NCBI GenBank assembly: GCA_963762745.1
Contig: CAVXMB010000005.1
Coordinates: 146,536-210,535, forward strand
Length of the DNA stretch: 64,000 nt
Source of the DNA: an uncultured Actinomycetota bacterium
GTDB taxonomy: Bacteria > Actinomycetota > UBA4738 > HRBIN12
Direction: 5' to 3'
Shown here: one piece after another, positions 30,127 to 39,628 of the stretch
Position numbering within the stretch: position 1 is the stretch's first letter
Layout of the letters: each line of letters begins with the position of its first letter
Made by a program: the position numbers and the translations under genes
Notes under the pieces: model-generated
Databases searched by the model: none
What the model was told of the DNA's origin: nothing
What the model saw: the letters and a program-made list of their open reading frames with translations, nothing else

Positions 30127-31764
30127 ATGGCAGCGGTAGGTGAAGCTCCTACCTTGTTCCTGCGGAAGGCGACCGGCCTGGTGAAAGGCTGGTCGAAGTT
30201 CGACGCGTTCCTGTACTCGTTCATGTCGGTCAACTTCGTGACGCTCGGCTTGTTCTTCGCGTTCTCGGTGCTCGCCTTCGTGCCGACCGGACAGATCCTG
30301 CCGGCCCTACTGATCAGCGGCGTGTTCGTCTCGTTCCTCGTGGTCACGTACGCGGGCCTGATCTCCGTGATGCCACGCGCGGGCGGTGACTATGTCTGGC
30401 AGAGCCGCGTGCTGGGCGGTGGGATCGCGTTCGTGCTGTCGATCACCGGATGGTGGTTCATCCTCTGGTACTGGGCGCCGATCTACGGGAACATCCTCAA
30501 CGTCGAGGTGTTCCAGCCGCTCGCGGCGGTCTTCAAGCTCGACGGCGTCAGCGAGTTCCTCGCGTCGAACAACGGCCTGTTCTTCGTCTGCGCGGTGACG
30601 GTGCTCCTCGCCGGCTATCTGGTGTCCCTCGGCATGGAGGGCTACGCCAAGGTGCAGAAGTTCTGCTTCTACATCGGCATGGCGGCCCTCGCCGCCGTCT
30701 TCCTGGTCATGTTGTTCGGTTCCCAGAGCGGGTTCCAGAACGCCTTCAACCAGGAGGCGACCAACCTCTTCGGCGCGAGCGGCGATGTGTACACCCAGAC
30801 GATCGAGATGGGAACCGTGAACAACGGCGGGCCGATCGTGCCGGAGCTCGGTCTCACTCCCTTCTTCGGGCCGACGCTGCTGCTGGTCCCCTTCCTCTGT
30901 TTCTGGATCCTGTGGCCCAACTGGGGCGCGACGCTCTACGGCGAGGTCCGCGGCGCGAGCGACTTCAAGCGAGTCATGAGCGGCATGATGTGGGGCCTCT
31001 GGATCACGGTCGCCGTGGCGCTGGTGTTCGTCCTCCTTTCGGCCAAGTTCTTCGGCTGGGAGTTCTTCAACGCCGCGAACCTCAACTATTGGGCGGTGGT
31101 GTACGGCTTCGGCGAGGCGACGATCCCCGTGTGGTCCTATCCGCCGCTGCTCGCGAGCTTCTACTTCCACAGCGAGCTGATCTCGGCGCTGATCATCCTG
31201 GCGTTCGGCGCGTGGTTCCTGGGATGGGCCGGGACGCTGTTCCTGTCGTCGACCCGGGTGATCTTCGCGGCGGCCTTCGACCGGATCCTGCCGGAGAAGG
31301 TCGCCGACGTCTCGGAGCGGCGCCACGTACCGGTCTGGGCGCTGATCCTGATGTTGGTGCCGGCGTTGATCGTGAGCGCGTTCTACGCGTACACGTCCAC
31401 ATTCAGGACCTGGATCCTCGACGCCACGCTCGTGATCGCGGTGACGTTCCTCGGCTCTGCGATCGCGGCGATGATCCTGCCCTGGAGGAAGAAGCGGCTC
31501 TACGAGAGCTCTCCGATGGCTCGGTACAAGATCGGCGGGATCCCGCTCATCACCGTAGTGGGCTTCCTCACCGCCGGGTTCCTCATCTTCAACCTGTATC
31601 ACTGGTTCACGAACGATCTGTACGCCATCAACGACCCCGACTCCCTCGTCTTCATGGGGTCGATGTACCTGTTGGCGCTCGTGGTCTACGTGGTCGCGAA
31701 GGTCGTGCGCAAGAGCCAGGGCATCGACCTCGGAGCGATCCACAAGGAGATCCCGGTCGAGTAA
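30127..31764 (+). CDS. APC family amino acid/amine permease
   Basis: FLRKATGLVK, MPRAGGDYVWQSR, GEVRG, RVIFAAAFDRILP; about 12-13 TM segments. Confidence 0.9.
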   Translation: MAAVGEAPTLFLRKATGLVKGWSKFDAFLYSFMSVNFVTLGLFFAFSVLAFVPTGQILPALLISGVFVSFLVVTYAGLISVMPRAGGDYVWQSRVLGGGIAFVLSITGWWFILWYWAPIYGNILNVEVFQPLAAVFKLDGVSEFLASNNGLFFVCAVTVLLAGYLVSLGMEGYAKVQKFCFYIGMAALAAVFLVMLFGSQSGFQNAFNQEATNLFGASGDVYTQTIEMGTVNNGGPIVPELGLTPFFGPTLLLVPFLCFWILWPNWGATLYGEVRGASDFKRVMSGMMWGLWITVAVALVFVLLSAKFFGWEFFNAANLNYWAVVYGFGEATIPVWSYPPLLASFYFHSELISALIILAFGAWFLGWAGTLFLSSTRVIFAAAFDRILPEKVADVSERRHVPVWALILMLVPALIVSAFYAYTSTFRTWILDATLVIAVTFLGSAIAAMILPWRKKRLYESSPMARYKIGGIPLITVVGFLTAGFLIFNLYHWFTNDLYAINDPDSLVFMGSMYLLALVVYVVAKVVRKSQGIDLGAIHKEIPVE

Positions 31765-31786
31765 CGCACCGGGATCGACGGAGCGT

Positions 31787-31812
31787 GGAGGCGGCCTCTC
31801 GAGGCCGCCTCC
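31787..31812 (+). terminator. GC-rich stem-loop after the APC permease (no U-tract)
   Basis: ggaggcggcct-ctcg-aggccgcctcc perfect 11-bp stem; a second hairpin gatcccggt...accgggatc spans the stop codon (31749-31777). Confidence 0.6.
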
Positions 31813-31836
31813 CGTGTCCCTGGGTAGGGTGACTTC

Positions 31837-33285
31837 ATGGCGGACGCGCACCGGATGTTGATCGGAGGCGACTGGGTCGCCTCCAGGAGTGGGGCCACGT
31901 TCGATGCCACGTCGCCGTCGACCGGCGAGGTGATCGGGTCGATCCCGGAGGGCACGCGGATCGACGCGCAGCGCGCGATCGCCGCGGCCAACGATGCGTG
32001 GCCGGGATGGTCGGCGCTCTCTGCGTTCGACCGGGCCGCGGCGATGCGTCGCATCGCCGTCGCGATCGACGAACGCCGGGACGATCTCGCGCGGACGCTC
32101 GCGCTCGACCAGGGCAAGCCGCTCGAAGCCGAGGCGCGCGACGAGGTCGAGGAGCTGATCGCGTACTTCGATATGGCGGCAGCGGACGCGACCCGACTCG
32201 AGGGGCTGATCCCGCCGAGCATCGACGCGGAGAAGCGGGTGTTCCTCTACCGCGTGTCACGGGGTGTCGTAGGCGTGATCAGCCCGTGGAACTGGCCGTA
32301 CACGATGCCCGGCGAGATCGTCGCCCCGGCGCTCGCCGCCGGCAACGCCGTCGTGCTCGCACCGGCCCCCACGACGAGCGTGTGCGCGGTCAAGCTCGCG
32401 GAGTGCATCCACGCGGCGGACCTCCCGCCGGGGACGTTCAACCTCGTGACCGGGCCGGGGCCGGTGGTGGGTGACGAGGTCGCGGCGAACCCGGGGACGG
32501 CGGCCGTCGGCTTCATCGGATCGATCGCGACCGGTCACACGGTCGCCTCGCGCGCGGCCGGCAAGGAGCTCCTGCTCGAGATGGGGGGCAACGGGCCGCT
32601 CGTGATCTGTGAGGACGCCGACCTCGATGCCGCGGTCGAGGCGACCCTCGCGGCCTGCTTCCTCAACGCCGGCCAGAGCTGCACCGCCGGCGAGCGGATC
32701 CTCGTGCACGAGGACGTGAAGGACGACTACGTCGGCAGGCTCTCGAAGGCGATCGAGGAGCGGATCCGGCTCGGCGATCCCTTCGACGACACGACCACGA
32801 TGGGACCGGTCAACAACGAGCCGACGGCCGACAAGACGGAGCGTCATGTGACCGAGGCCCAGGAGCGCGGCGCGACGCTCGTTGCCGGCGGCCATCGCGC
32901 ACCGGCGCACGGGAGCGCGCTGTTCTTCGAAGCCACCGTGCTGGACGGGGTCACCGACGAGATGGAGATCGCCCGGGAGGAGACGTTCGGCCCCGTCGTC
33001 CCGGTAAGCGCGATCCGGTCCGAGCAGGAAGCGATCGACTTGGTGAACGGCTCGCCCTACGGCCTCCTGTCCGCGATCTTCACGAAGGATCTCGGTCGCG
33101 GCCTCCGCTTCGCCGAAGCCGTGCGCACCGGCTGGGTCAACATCAACGAGGGCACGAACTACTGGGAGTCCCACCTCCCGTTCGGCGGCCGGGCGGGATC
33201 CAAGAGCGGCGTCGGCCGCGTCGGCGGCCGCTTCTCGATGGAGCGACTGACCGAGCTGAAGACGATCGTCGTCAACCTCGGGTAG
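31837..33285 (+). CDS. Aldehyde dehydrogenase (SSADH-like)
   Basis: ISPWNWP, LEMGGNGP, NAGQSCTAG, EETFGPV, PFGG. Confidence 0.92.
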   Translation: MADAHRMLIGGDWVASRSGATFDATSPSTGEVIGSIPEGTRIDAQRAIAAANDAWPGWSALSAFDRAAAMRRIAVAIDERRDDLARTLALDQGKPLEAEARDEVEELIAYFDMAAADATRLEGLIPPSIDAEKRVFLYRVSRGVVGVISPWNWPYTMPGEIVAPALAAGNAVVLAPAPTTSVCAVKLAECIHAADLPPGTFNLVTGPGPVVGDEVAANPGTAAVGFIGSIATGHTVASRAAGKELLLEMGGNGPLVICEDADLDAAVEATLAACFLNAGQSCTAGERILVHEDVKDDYVGRLSKAIEERIRLGDPFDDTTTMGPVNNEPTADKTERHVTEAQERGATLVAGGHRAPAHGSALFFEATVLDGVTDEMEIAREETFGPVVPVSAIRSEQEAIDLVNGSPYGLLSAIFTKDLGRGLRFAEAVRTGWVNINEGTNYWESHLPFGGRAGSKSGVGRVGGRFSMERLTELKTIVVNLG

Positions 33286-33295
33286 GCGAACCTCC

Positions 33296-34277
33296 GTGGC
33301 GACGACCCGAAGCGGAGCGACCCGCCTCTTCTTCGCGGCCGACATCCACGGGTCGCAGGTCACGTTCCGGAAGTTCCTCGCGGCCGCGGACTTCTACGGC
33401 GTCGACGCCCTCGTCTTCGGCGGCGACCTGATGGGCAAGGTCCTGGTGCCGATCGTGCGGCACAACGGCGGCTTCCAGGCAACCTTCCAGGGACGCGACG
33501 AGCGATTCGAGGCCGACGGTCTCGAGCCGTTCACGCGCGCGGTCGAGCAGCCCGGCTTCTACTGGAAGGTCTTCGACAGGGACGAGTACGAGGTCCTCGA
33601 AGCCGACCCGCTGGCCAGGCACGGCCTGTTCCACGAGCTCGCGACGGCGAGGCTCGCCGAGTGGATCGAGCTGGCCGAGGATCGGCTGCGCGGGACGGGG
33701 GTCCGGCTCTACATGACCGGAGGGAACGATGACGAGCCCGCAGTGCTGGAAACGCTCGATCACCACGAGGGGGAGCAGGTCTTCGCGAGCGAGGGCCGCC
33801 TGGTCGAGCTCGACGGCGAGCACACGATGATCACGGTCGGGCTCTCGACCTTCACGCCGTGGGACACCCCTCGCGAAGCGAGCGAGGAGGAGATCGCGGG
33901 ATGCGATCGATGCGGCGGTCGGCGCCGTGCCCGACCTCGGCCGCTGCGTGTTCAACCTGCATTGTCCGCCGAAGGACACGCCGATCGACACGTGCCTGAA
34001 GCTGGAGGTCCGTCCCGGCGAGCTGCCTCGGCCGATCCGGGAAGCGGGCCGGTTCGTGACGACGGGCGGGGGGAGCCGGGCGGTGCGGGAGGCGATCGAG
34101 AAGTACCAGCCGCTCGTCGGGCTGCACGGTCACATCCACGAGTCGGGCGGCCGCTTCCGGATCGGTCGAACCCAGACGTTCAACCCGGGAAGCGAGTACG
34201 TGCAGGGCGTGTTGCAGGGCGTGATCGTGACGCTGAAGCGGGGGAAGCTCGCCTCCTACCAACACACGCAGGGATAG
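33296..34277 (+). CDS. Metallophosphoesterase 2, paralogue of 29151-30095; one extra G near 33899
   Basis: ADIHG, GGD, GGNDD in the first frame; LHCPP, HGHIHE, NPGSEY in the second frame (33927-34277 ORF). Confidence 0.85.
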
Positions 34278-34303
34278 AGGCGTTCGATAGTGTCGGCCAC
34301 CTC

Positions 34304-36763
34304 ATGAGGGATCGCGCGCAGCTCGTCGTGATCGGGGCGGGGATCGTCGGCACCAGTGCGGCGTATCACCTGGCCGAGCTCGGAGTGACGGACGTCCTCG
34401 TGATCGATCAAGGCCCGTTGTTCGAGACCGGCGGCTCGACCTCCCACGCGCCGGGACTCGTGTTCCAGACGAACGGCTCGCGGACGATGTGCCGCCTCGC
34501 GCAGTACTCCGTCGACCTGTATTCCGGGCTCGAGCTGGAGGGACAGCCCGCCTGGTACGGGGTCGGTGGCATCGAGGTCGCGACGACCCCGGAGCGGACC
34601 GAGGAGCTGAAGCGCCGGCGGGGTTACGCGCGTGCCTACGGGATCGAGGGGACCGAGCTCCTCACCCCCGAGGAAACCGCCGCGCGGATCCCGATCCTCG
34701 ACCCCGGTCACATCCTCGGTTCCTACCTCGTGCCCTCGGACGGGATCGCCAAGGGCACGCGTGTCGCGGCGGCACTCGCCGCGAAGGCCGAGGAGAAGGG
34801 TGTCGCGTTCGAGGGTGGCGTCCGCGTCACCGGCTTCGACGTCCGCGACGGCATGGTCCATGGCGTCCACACCGACCGAGGTGACATCGAGTGTGCACAG
34901 GTCCTGGTCTGCGCCGGGATCTGGGGCCCGACGATCGGACGGATGGCCGGGGTGCCGATCCCGCTCGCGGTGGTCCAGCACCAGCTCGTGTGGACGAAGC
35001 CGTTGCCGGCGCTCGCAGCGGACGCCGGGCAGGAAGTCGTCCATCCGATCCTCCGTCACCAGGACCTGTCGCTCTACTTCCGCCAGCAGGGCGATCGGTA
35101 CGCGCTCGGCAACTACCGCCACGAGCCGATCCTGTTCGATCCCGACGACCTCCGCCCCTATCGGGACGGGGAGCCGCAGCCGAGCATCGAGCCGTTCACG
35201 CCCGAGCACTTCGAGGTCGCGTACCAGGAGAGCACGAGGCTGCTCCCGCCCGTGAAGGAGATGCTGGACGAGTCGACCGCGATCAACGGCATGTTCTCGT
35301 TCACGCCGGACATGGGTTCGATCGTCGGTGAGTCTGCGGACGTCCGCGGCTTCTGGATCTGCGAGGCCGTCTGGGTCACGCACGGCGGGGGCATGGGGAG
35401 GATGGCCGCCGAATGGATCGCCGGGGGCGAGCCTTCGATGGATATGGCCGAGGCGGATGCGAACCGCTTCTACCCGTTCATGACGACGAAGCCGTACGTC
35501 CGCGCGCGCGGCGCCCAGCAGTACCGCGAGGTCTACGACATCCTCCACCCGCTTCAGCAGATGTCCCATCCGCGCGCGCTGAAGCTGACGCCCTTCTACG
35601 CGCGCCACCGGGACCTCGGCGCCGAGTTCTTCTCGGGTGCCGGCTGGGAGCGGCCGCAATGGTTCGAGGCGAATCACGTGCTGACCGGCGCGCCATGGGA
35701 ATCGCGTAAGGGCTGGGCGGCGCAGAGCTGGTCGCCGTGCGTCGGGGCGGAGCACATCGCCACACGCGAGCGCGTCGGGCTCTTCGACATCACGCCCTTC
35801 GCCAAGTTCGACATCACCGGCGCAGATGCGCTCTCGTTCCTCGAACGCATCTGCGCCAACCGGATCGATCGTCCCGTGGGGACGATCGTCTACACCTCGA
35901 TGCTCACGCCGTCGGGAGGCATCCGGTGCGACCTCACCGTCACCCGGAAGGACGAGGATCGTTTCCGCGTCGTCACCGGGGGCGGGTCGGGGCAGCACGA
36001 CCGCGCGTGGCTGCTCGCCCAGCGGCGCGACGGCGAACGGGTCAACCTCACCGTCCGCACGGGATCGCTCTTCGCGCTCGGTCTGTGGGGACCGCGCGCC
36101 CGCGACGTCCTCCAGGCCGTGACGGACGTCGACGTCTCCAACGACGCGTTCCCGTACATGACCGCTCGCTACCTGAACGTCGGCGAGGTCGATCCCGTTT
36201 GGACGCAGCGGATCTCCTACGCCGGCGAGCTCGGTTGGGAGCTCTACGGGCAGATCGCGATGGGACAGCGAGCCTGGGACGTTCTGTGGGAGGCCGGGCA
36301 GGTGTACGGGATCGTCGCGGCCGGCGGCGGCGCGTTCGACTCCCTGCGCCTCGAGAAGGGTTACCGACTGTGGGGCCAGGACATCCACACGGAGCACGAT
36401 CCGTTCGAGGCCGGCCTCGGCTTCGCCGTCCGGATGGACAAGGGTGCGTTCCAGGGTCGGGAGGCGTTGCAGCGCAAGCTCGACGTCGGGCCGAGCGAGA
36501 GGCTCGCCTGCATCACCCTCGACGATCCCGCCCACGTCGTGATGGGCAAGGAGCCGATCCTGCACGCCGGCCGGGTCGTTTCCTACGTGACGAGCGCCGC
36601 CTACGGCTACTCGATCGGTCGAGGGATCGTCTACGGCTATCTCCCGGCCGAATTGGCGGTGGAGGGAACGCCGGTCGAAGTGGAATACTTCGGCGACCGT
36701 CTGGCGGCTACCGTCGCGGCCGAGCCGTTGTGGGACCCCAAGGGCGAGCGCCTGCGGGCCTGA
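34304..36763 (+). CDS. FAD-dependent oxidoreductase/GcvT fusion (dimethylglycine oxidase/dehydrogenase-like)
   Basis: IGAGIVG, GGSTSHAPG (flavinylated His site), FSFTPD, AVWVTH, GWERPQWF, YAGELGWEL, SLRLEKGY. Confidence 0.9.
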   Translation: MRDRAQLVVIGAGIVGTSAAYHLAELGVTDVLVIDQGPLFETGGSTSHAPGLVFQTNGSRTMCRLAQYSVDLYSGLELEGQPAWYGVGGIEVATTPERTEELKRRRGYARAYGIEGTELLTPEETAARIPILDPGHILGSYLVPSDGIAKGTRVAAALAAKAEEKGVAFEGGVRVTGFDVRDGMVHGVHTDRGDIECAQVLVCAGIWGPTIGRMAGVPIPLAVVQHQLVWTKPLPALAADAGQEVVHPILRHQDLSLYFRQQGDRYALGNYRHEPILFDPDDLRPYRDGEPQPSIEPFTPEHFEVAYQESTRLLPPVKEMLDESTAINGMFSFTPDMGSIVGESADVRGFWICEAVWVTHGGGMGRMAAEWIAGGEPSMDMAEADANRFYPFMTTKPYVRARGAQQYREVYDILHPLQQMSHPRALKLTPFYARHRDLGAEFFSGAGWERPQWFEANHVLTGAPWESRKGWAAQSWSPCVGAEHIATRERVGLFDITPFAKFDITGADALSFLERICANRIDRPVGTIVYTSMLTPSGGIRCDLTVTRKDEDRFRVVTGGGSGQHDRAWLLAQRRDGERVNLTVRTGSLFALGLWGPRARDVLQAVTDVDVSNDAFPYMTARYLNVGEVDPVWTQRISYAGELGWELYGQIAMGQRAWDVLWEAGQVYGIVAAGGGAFDSLRLEKGYRLWGQDIHTEHDPFEAGLGFAVRMDKGAFQGREALQRKLDVGPSERLACITLDDPAHVVMGKEPILHAGRVVSYVTSAAYGYSIGRGIVYGYLPAELAVEGTPVEVEYFGDRLAATVAAEPLWDPKGERLRA

Positions 36764-36777
36764 CCGAAGGAGCTTCG

Positions 36778-37947
36778 ATGGCAGTGAACGAGGACCCGGG
36801 CATCCTGCTCTACACGAGGATCCGCAAGTCGCCCTACTTCTACGCCTCGCGCGAGCACGGCGTGGCGCGCTACAGCGTCTACAACCACACGTACCATCCG
36901 CGCCATTACGGCGACCCGGTGGCCGAGTACTGGCACCTCGTGAACGCGGTGACCATGTGGGACGTCGGCGTCGAGAAGCAGATCCAGATCAAGGGTCCGG
37001 ACGCATTCGACCTCACGAACATGATCGTGCCGCGGGACCTCAACAAGTGCGCGGTGGACCAGTGCAAGTACGTGTTCATCACCGGCCCCGACGGGGGGAT
37101 CCTGAACGACCCCGTCCTCCTGCGGGTCGAGGAGGACGAGTTCTGGCTCTCGCTCGCCGACTCGGACGTGAACCTCTACGCCCTCGGGATCGCGGGCGCG
37201 AAGGGGATGGACGTCACCGTGCAGGAGATCGATGTCGCGCCGGTCCAGATCCAGGGCCCGAACGCGAAGAAGGTGCTGGTCGAGCTGTTCGGCGACAAGA
37301 TCCTCGACGTTCCCTACTACGGGTTGATGAAGGCGGAGCTCGACGGGATGCAGGTCGTGGTCTCGCGCACCGGCTACACGGGTGAGGTCGGCTACGAGAT
37401 CTATCTGCGGGACGCGTCGATGCACGGCGTGCAGCTCTGGGACAGGGTGCTCGAAGCAGGCAAGCCGCACGACCTCCGCGTGATCGGTCCGTGCCACATC
37501 CGTCGCATCGAGGGAGGCATCTTGGCCTTCGGCGCGGACATGTGGTACGAGAACAACCCCTTCGAGGTGGGCTACCACTACACATGGATGGTCGATCTCG
37601 AGCAGGAAGCCGACTTCATGGGCAAGGAAGCCCTGAAGAAGATCAAGGCCGAGGGCGTGAAGCAGAAGCTCGTCGGCGTCGACATCGAGGGCGACCCGCT
37701 CGGCACCTACATCGACAATGAGATGATCGACTTCTTCCCGGCGTCGGCCGGTGGTAGCGTCGTCGGTCGCGTGACGTCGGCGTGCTACTCGCCGCGTATG
37801 GAGAAGAACATCGGGCTCGCGATGCTGCCGATCGAGCACACGGAGCTGGGCACGACCCTCGAGGTCGAGACCCCGAAGGGCAAGGTCGGCGCGACCGTCG
37901 TGCAGACACCCCACTGGGACCCGACCAAGGAGATCCCCAAGGGTTAA
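36778..37947 (+). CDS. GcvT-family THF-dependent aminomethyltransferase/demethylase (DmdA-like)
   Basis: RIRKSPYF, SVYNH, EYWHL...MWDVGVE, ILNDPVLLR, SRTGYTGEVGYEI, RRIEGG. Confidence 0.85.
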   Translation: MAVNEDPGILLYTRIRKSPYFYASREHGVARYSVYNHTYHPRHYGDPVAEYWHLVNAVTMWDVGVEKQIQIKGPDAFDLTNMIVPRDLNKCAVDQCKYVFITGPDGGILNDPVLLRVEEDEFWLSLADSDVNLYALGIAGAKGMDVTVQEIDVAPVQIQGPNAKKVLVELFGDKILDVPYYGLMKAELDGMQVVVSRTGYTGEVGYEIYLRDASMHGVQLWDRVLEAGKPHDLRVIGPCHIRRIEGGILAFGADMWYENNPFEVGYHYTWMVDLEQEADFMGKEALKKIKAEGVKQKLVGVDIEGDPLGTYIDNEMIDFFPASAGGSVVGRVTSACYSPRMEKNIGLAMLPIEHTELGTTLEVETPKGKVGATVVQTPHWDPTKEIPKG

Positions 37948-38104
37948 GGGCAGCTGGCTTTCTTGGGGGCCACTCGATGTCTCGAGCACCGTTCTGATGG
38001 CTGGCTGGCTGTCGGGAGGTTGGGGGAGCCTGGATGGGGGTTCCCAATAGGTCAGCGAGTCAATACACTACGTTGCGTCCGGAAGGAGCCGCGAACCGCG
38101 AACA

Positions 38105-38837
38105 ATGTGGACTCTACTTAAGCGAGTCTTGCCGTACGTTGCGGTATTCTTGATGGGGTCGGTGGCTGCCGTCTTCGCGACGGCCGACCCTCCGAAGCAT
38201 CGTCGTCATGCTAGTGATTCTGGGCTTCCAAGCACAGGGTCACACCACGAACTACTTCCCGGGACCGGCGTGGATCGACAAGTCGGTTGAGTATTACCGA
38301 GCCTCAGACGGGGCGACCTGGAACACATCTTGGAACAATAGTCTGGACTTTGGTGACAGCAAATGGAGCAACATCAGCGTGGGCGACGGGTTCACCTATA
38401 TTCGACAATCGGTGTTGCGTGATCAGGTGAGTTGCATCAACTTCGCCAATGAGGACAGCGTCGTCAAACGATGGTCGCAAGACGGTCCAGGTGGGCACCT
38501 TGGCGGTGCAGGTGTCTGCCATATGGGAGGAGCGGGAGAGAAGTTCAACATGGACTTCGACACCGACGAAGACTGGCATCACCAGGCAGGAAGCGATGGT
38601 GTGCCCAACACCGTGAGCGCCCATGGCGTCGCCACTCATGAGTTCGGGCATGCGGCTGGTGGATGGCTGACGTCTACCGGTTCGCCTGGACACTTCACAT
38701 CTTCCGCGGACTGCAACTGGGCCGACCCACCCAGTGTCCAGACCATGTGCGAAAACCTGGGCGGTGATCTGGACAACTCGGACAAGTGGCAGACCATCGA
38801 AACGCACGACACTCACGAGTTCACGGCGGAGTATTAG
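38105..38837 (+). CDS. Secreted matrixin/metzincin-like zinc metalloprotease (signal peptide at 38105 probably joined by a frameshift near 38195; the in-frame ORF starts at 38208)
   Basis: D..FD..E.W, VATHEFGHAAG (HExxHxxG), distal GHF, Met-turn-like QTMC; TACACT -10 box near 38064. Confidence 0.7.
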
Positions 38838-38851
38838 GAGGCGACATCCTG

Positions 38852-39121
38852 ATGAGACGACTCCTTATCGTGAGCGTGTTTGCTGCCCTTGGGGCAGGAA
38901 TAGGAGCGCTCCTCATAGTTGCGAACGGCGGGTACTGCTCCGACGGTGTTAGCGAGTCGTTCTGCGGAAGGAGACTCTTCGGGTGGCAGTTTTCCTCCGC
39001 CGTGGCTATCGGATACGCGGTTGGGTTTGGCGCCGTGATTGGTGCGTCGATTGGGTTCTTGGTCGATTACGCATTTGGGAGATTGCGGCAGCCCCGAGAG
39101 TTCATCGATCAGATCGAATGA
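38852..39121 (+). CDS. Small two-TM membrane protein with a Cys pair
   Basis: AGGAGG RBS right after the protease stop; TM-YCSDGVSESFCG-TM. Confidence 0.65.
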   Translation: MRRLLIVSVFAALGAGIGALLIVANGGYCSDGVSESFCGRRLFGWQFSSAVAIGYAVGFGAVIGASIGFLVDYAFGRLRQPREFIDQIE

Positions 39122-39628
39122 CCAATCCGAGTATCTAGGTTTGAGGTCAGTTACACGGAGCGCTTGAGTCTGGGCGCCCATTTGAATCCGACCAGACGGC
39201 TAGCAGAAGATTCACTATATGGACCATGCGTACGGCTCTCTGCCCGTCTTCAGCGCACCGCAGGTAGGACGCTTGCGCTTGACTTCCCTGACACGGAAGG
39301 CAGCGGGGGCGAATGCTCTAGCGCCCGCCATGAATGGCTGATCCACCGAGGGTGCGGAGGAAGGGGTGGAGCTTTTCAGCCGTCACGTTAAGGCTCATCC
39401 CGCAAGGTAGTCGCGATAGCGAAGGTCATCAATAGCTCGTCGGTGTCAGAGAGACTTCGCGCCATCCTTCGACCTCCGCCAGCGGCGGGGTGCCACAGTC
39501 GCTCGAGGAACTCAAGATCGACCTCCCAGCCGGAGCCCCACTTCGGCGGAAGGCTTCTAAGTCGCTCGTGAATCACCATCGCGTCGGGCGGCGGCGACAG
39601 CCAACCAGCAGTGGGGAACCAAAGAAAG

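Noticed and set aside
34256-36565. Long antisense ORFs (also 8529-10511, 21651-23201, 55524-58097 and others)
   Set aside because: Shadow frames of well-supported genes with no recognisable motifs.
33296-36763. 1155-aa metallophosphoesterase-GcvT fusion in the ORF track
   Set aside because: The MPE C-terminal motifs (HCPP, HGHIHE) are in another frame after one extra G near 33899. The linking residues are off-frame nonsense and the GcvT gene has its own ATG at 34304.
39388-39579. 63-aa minus-strand ORF in the low-GC islet
   Set aside because: No RBS or motif; cannot be supported as a gene.
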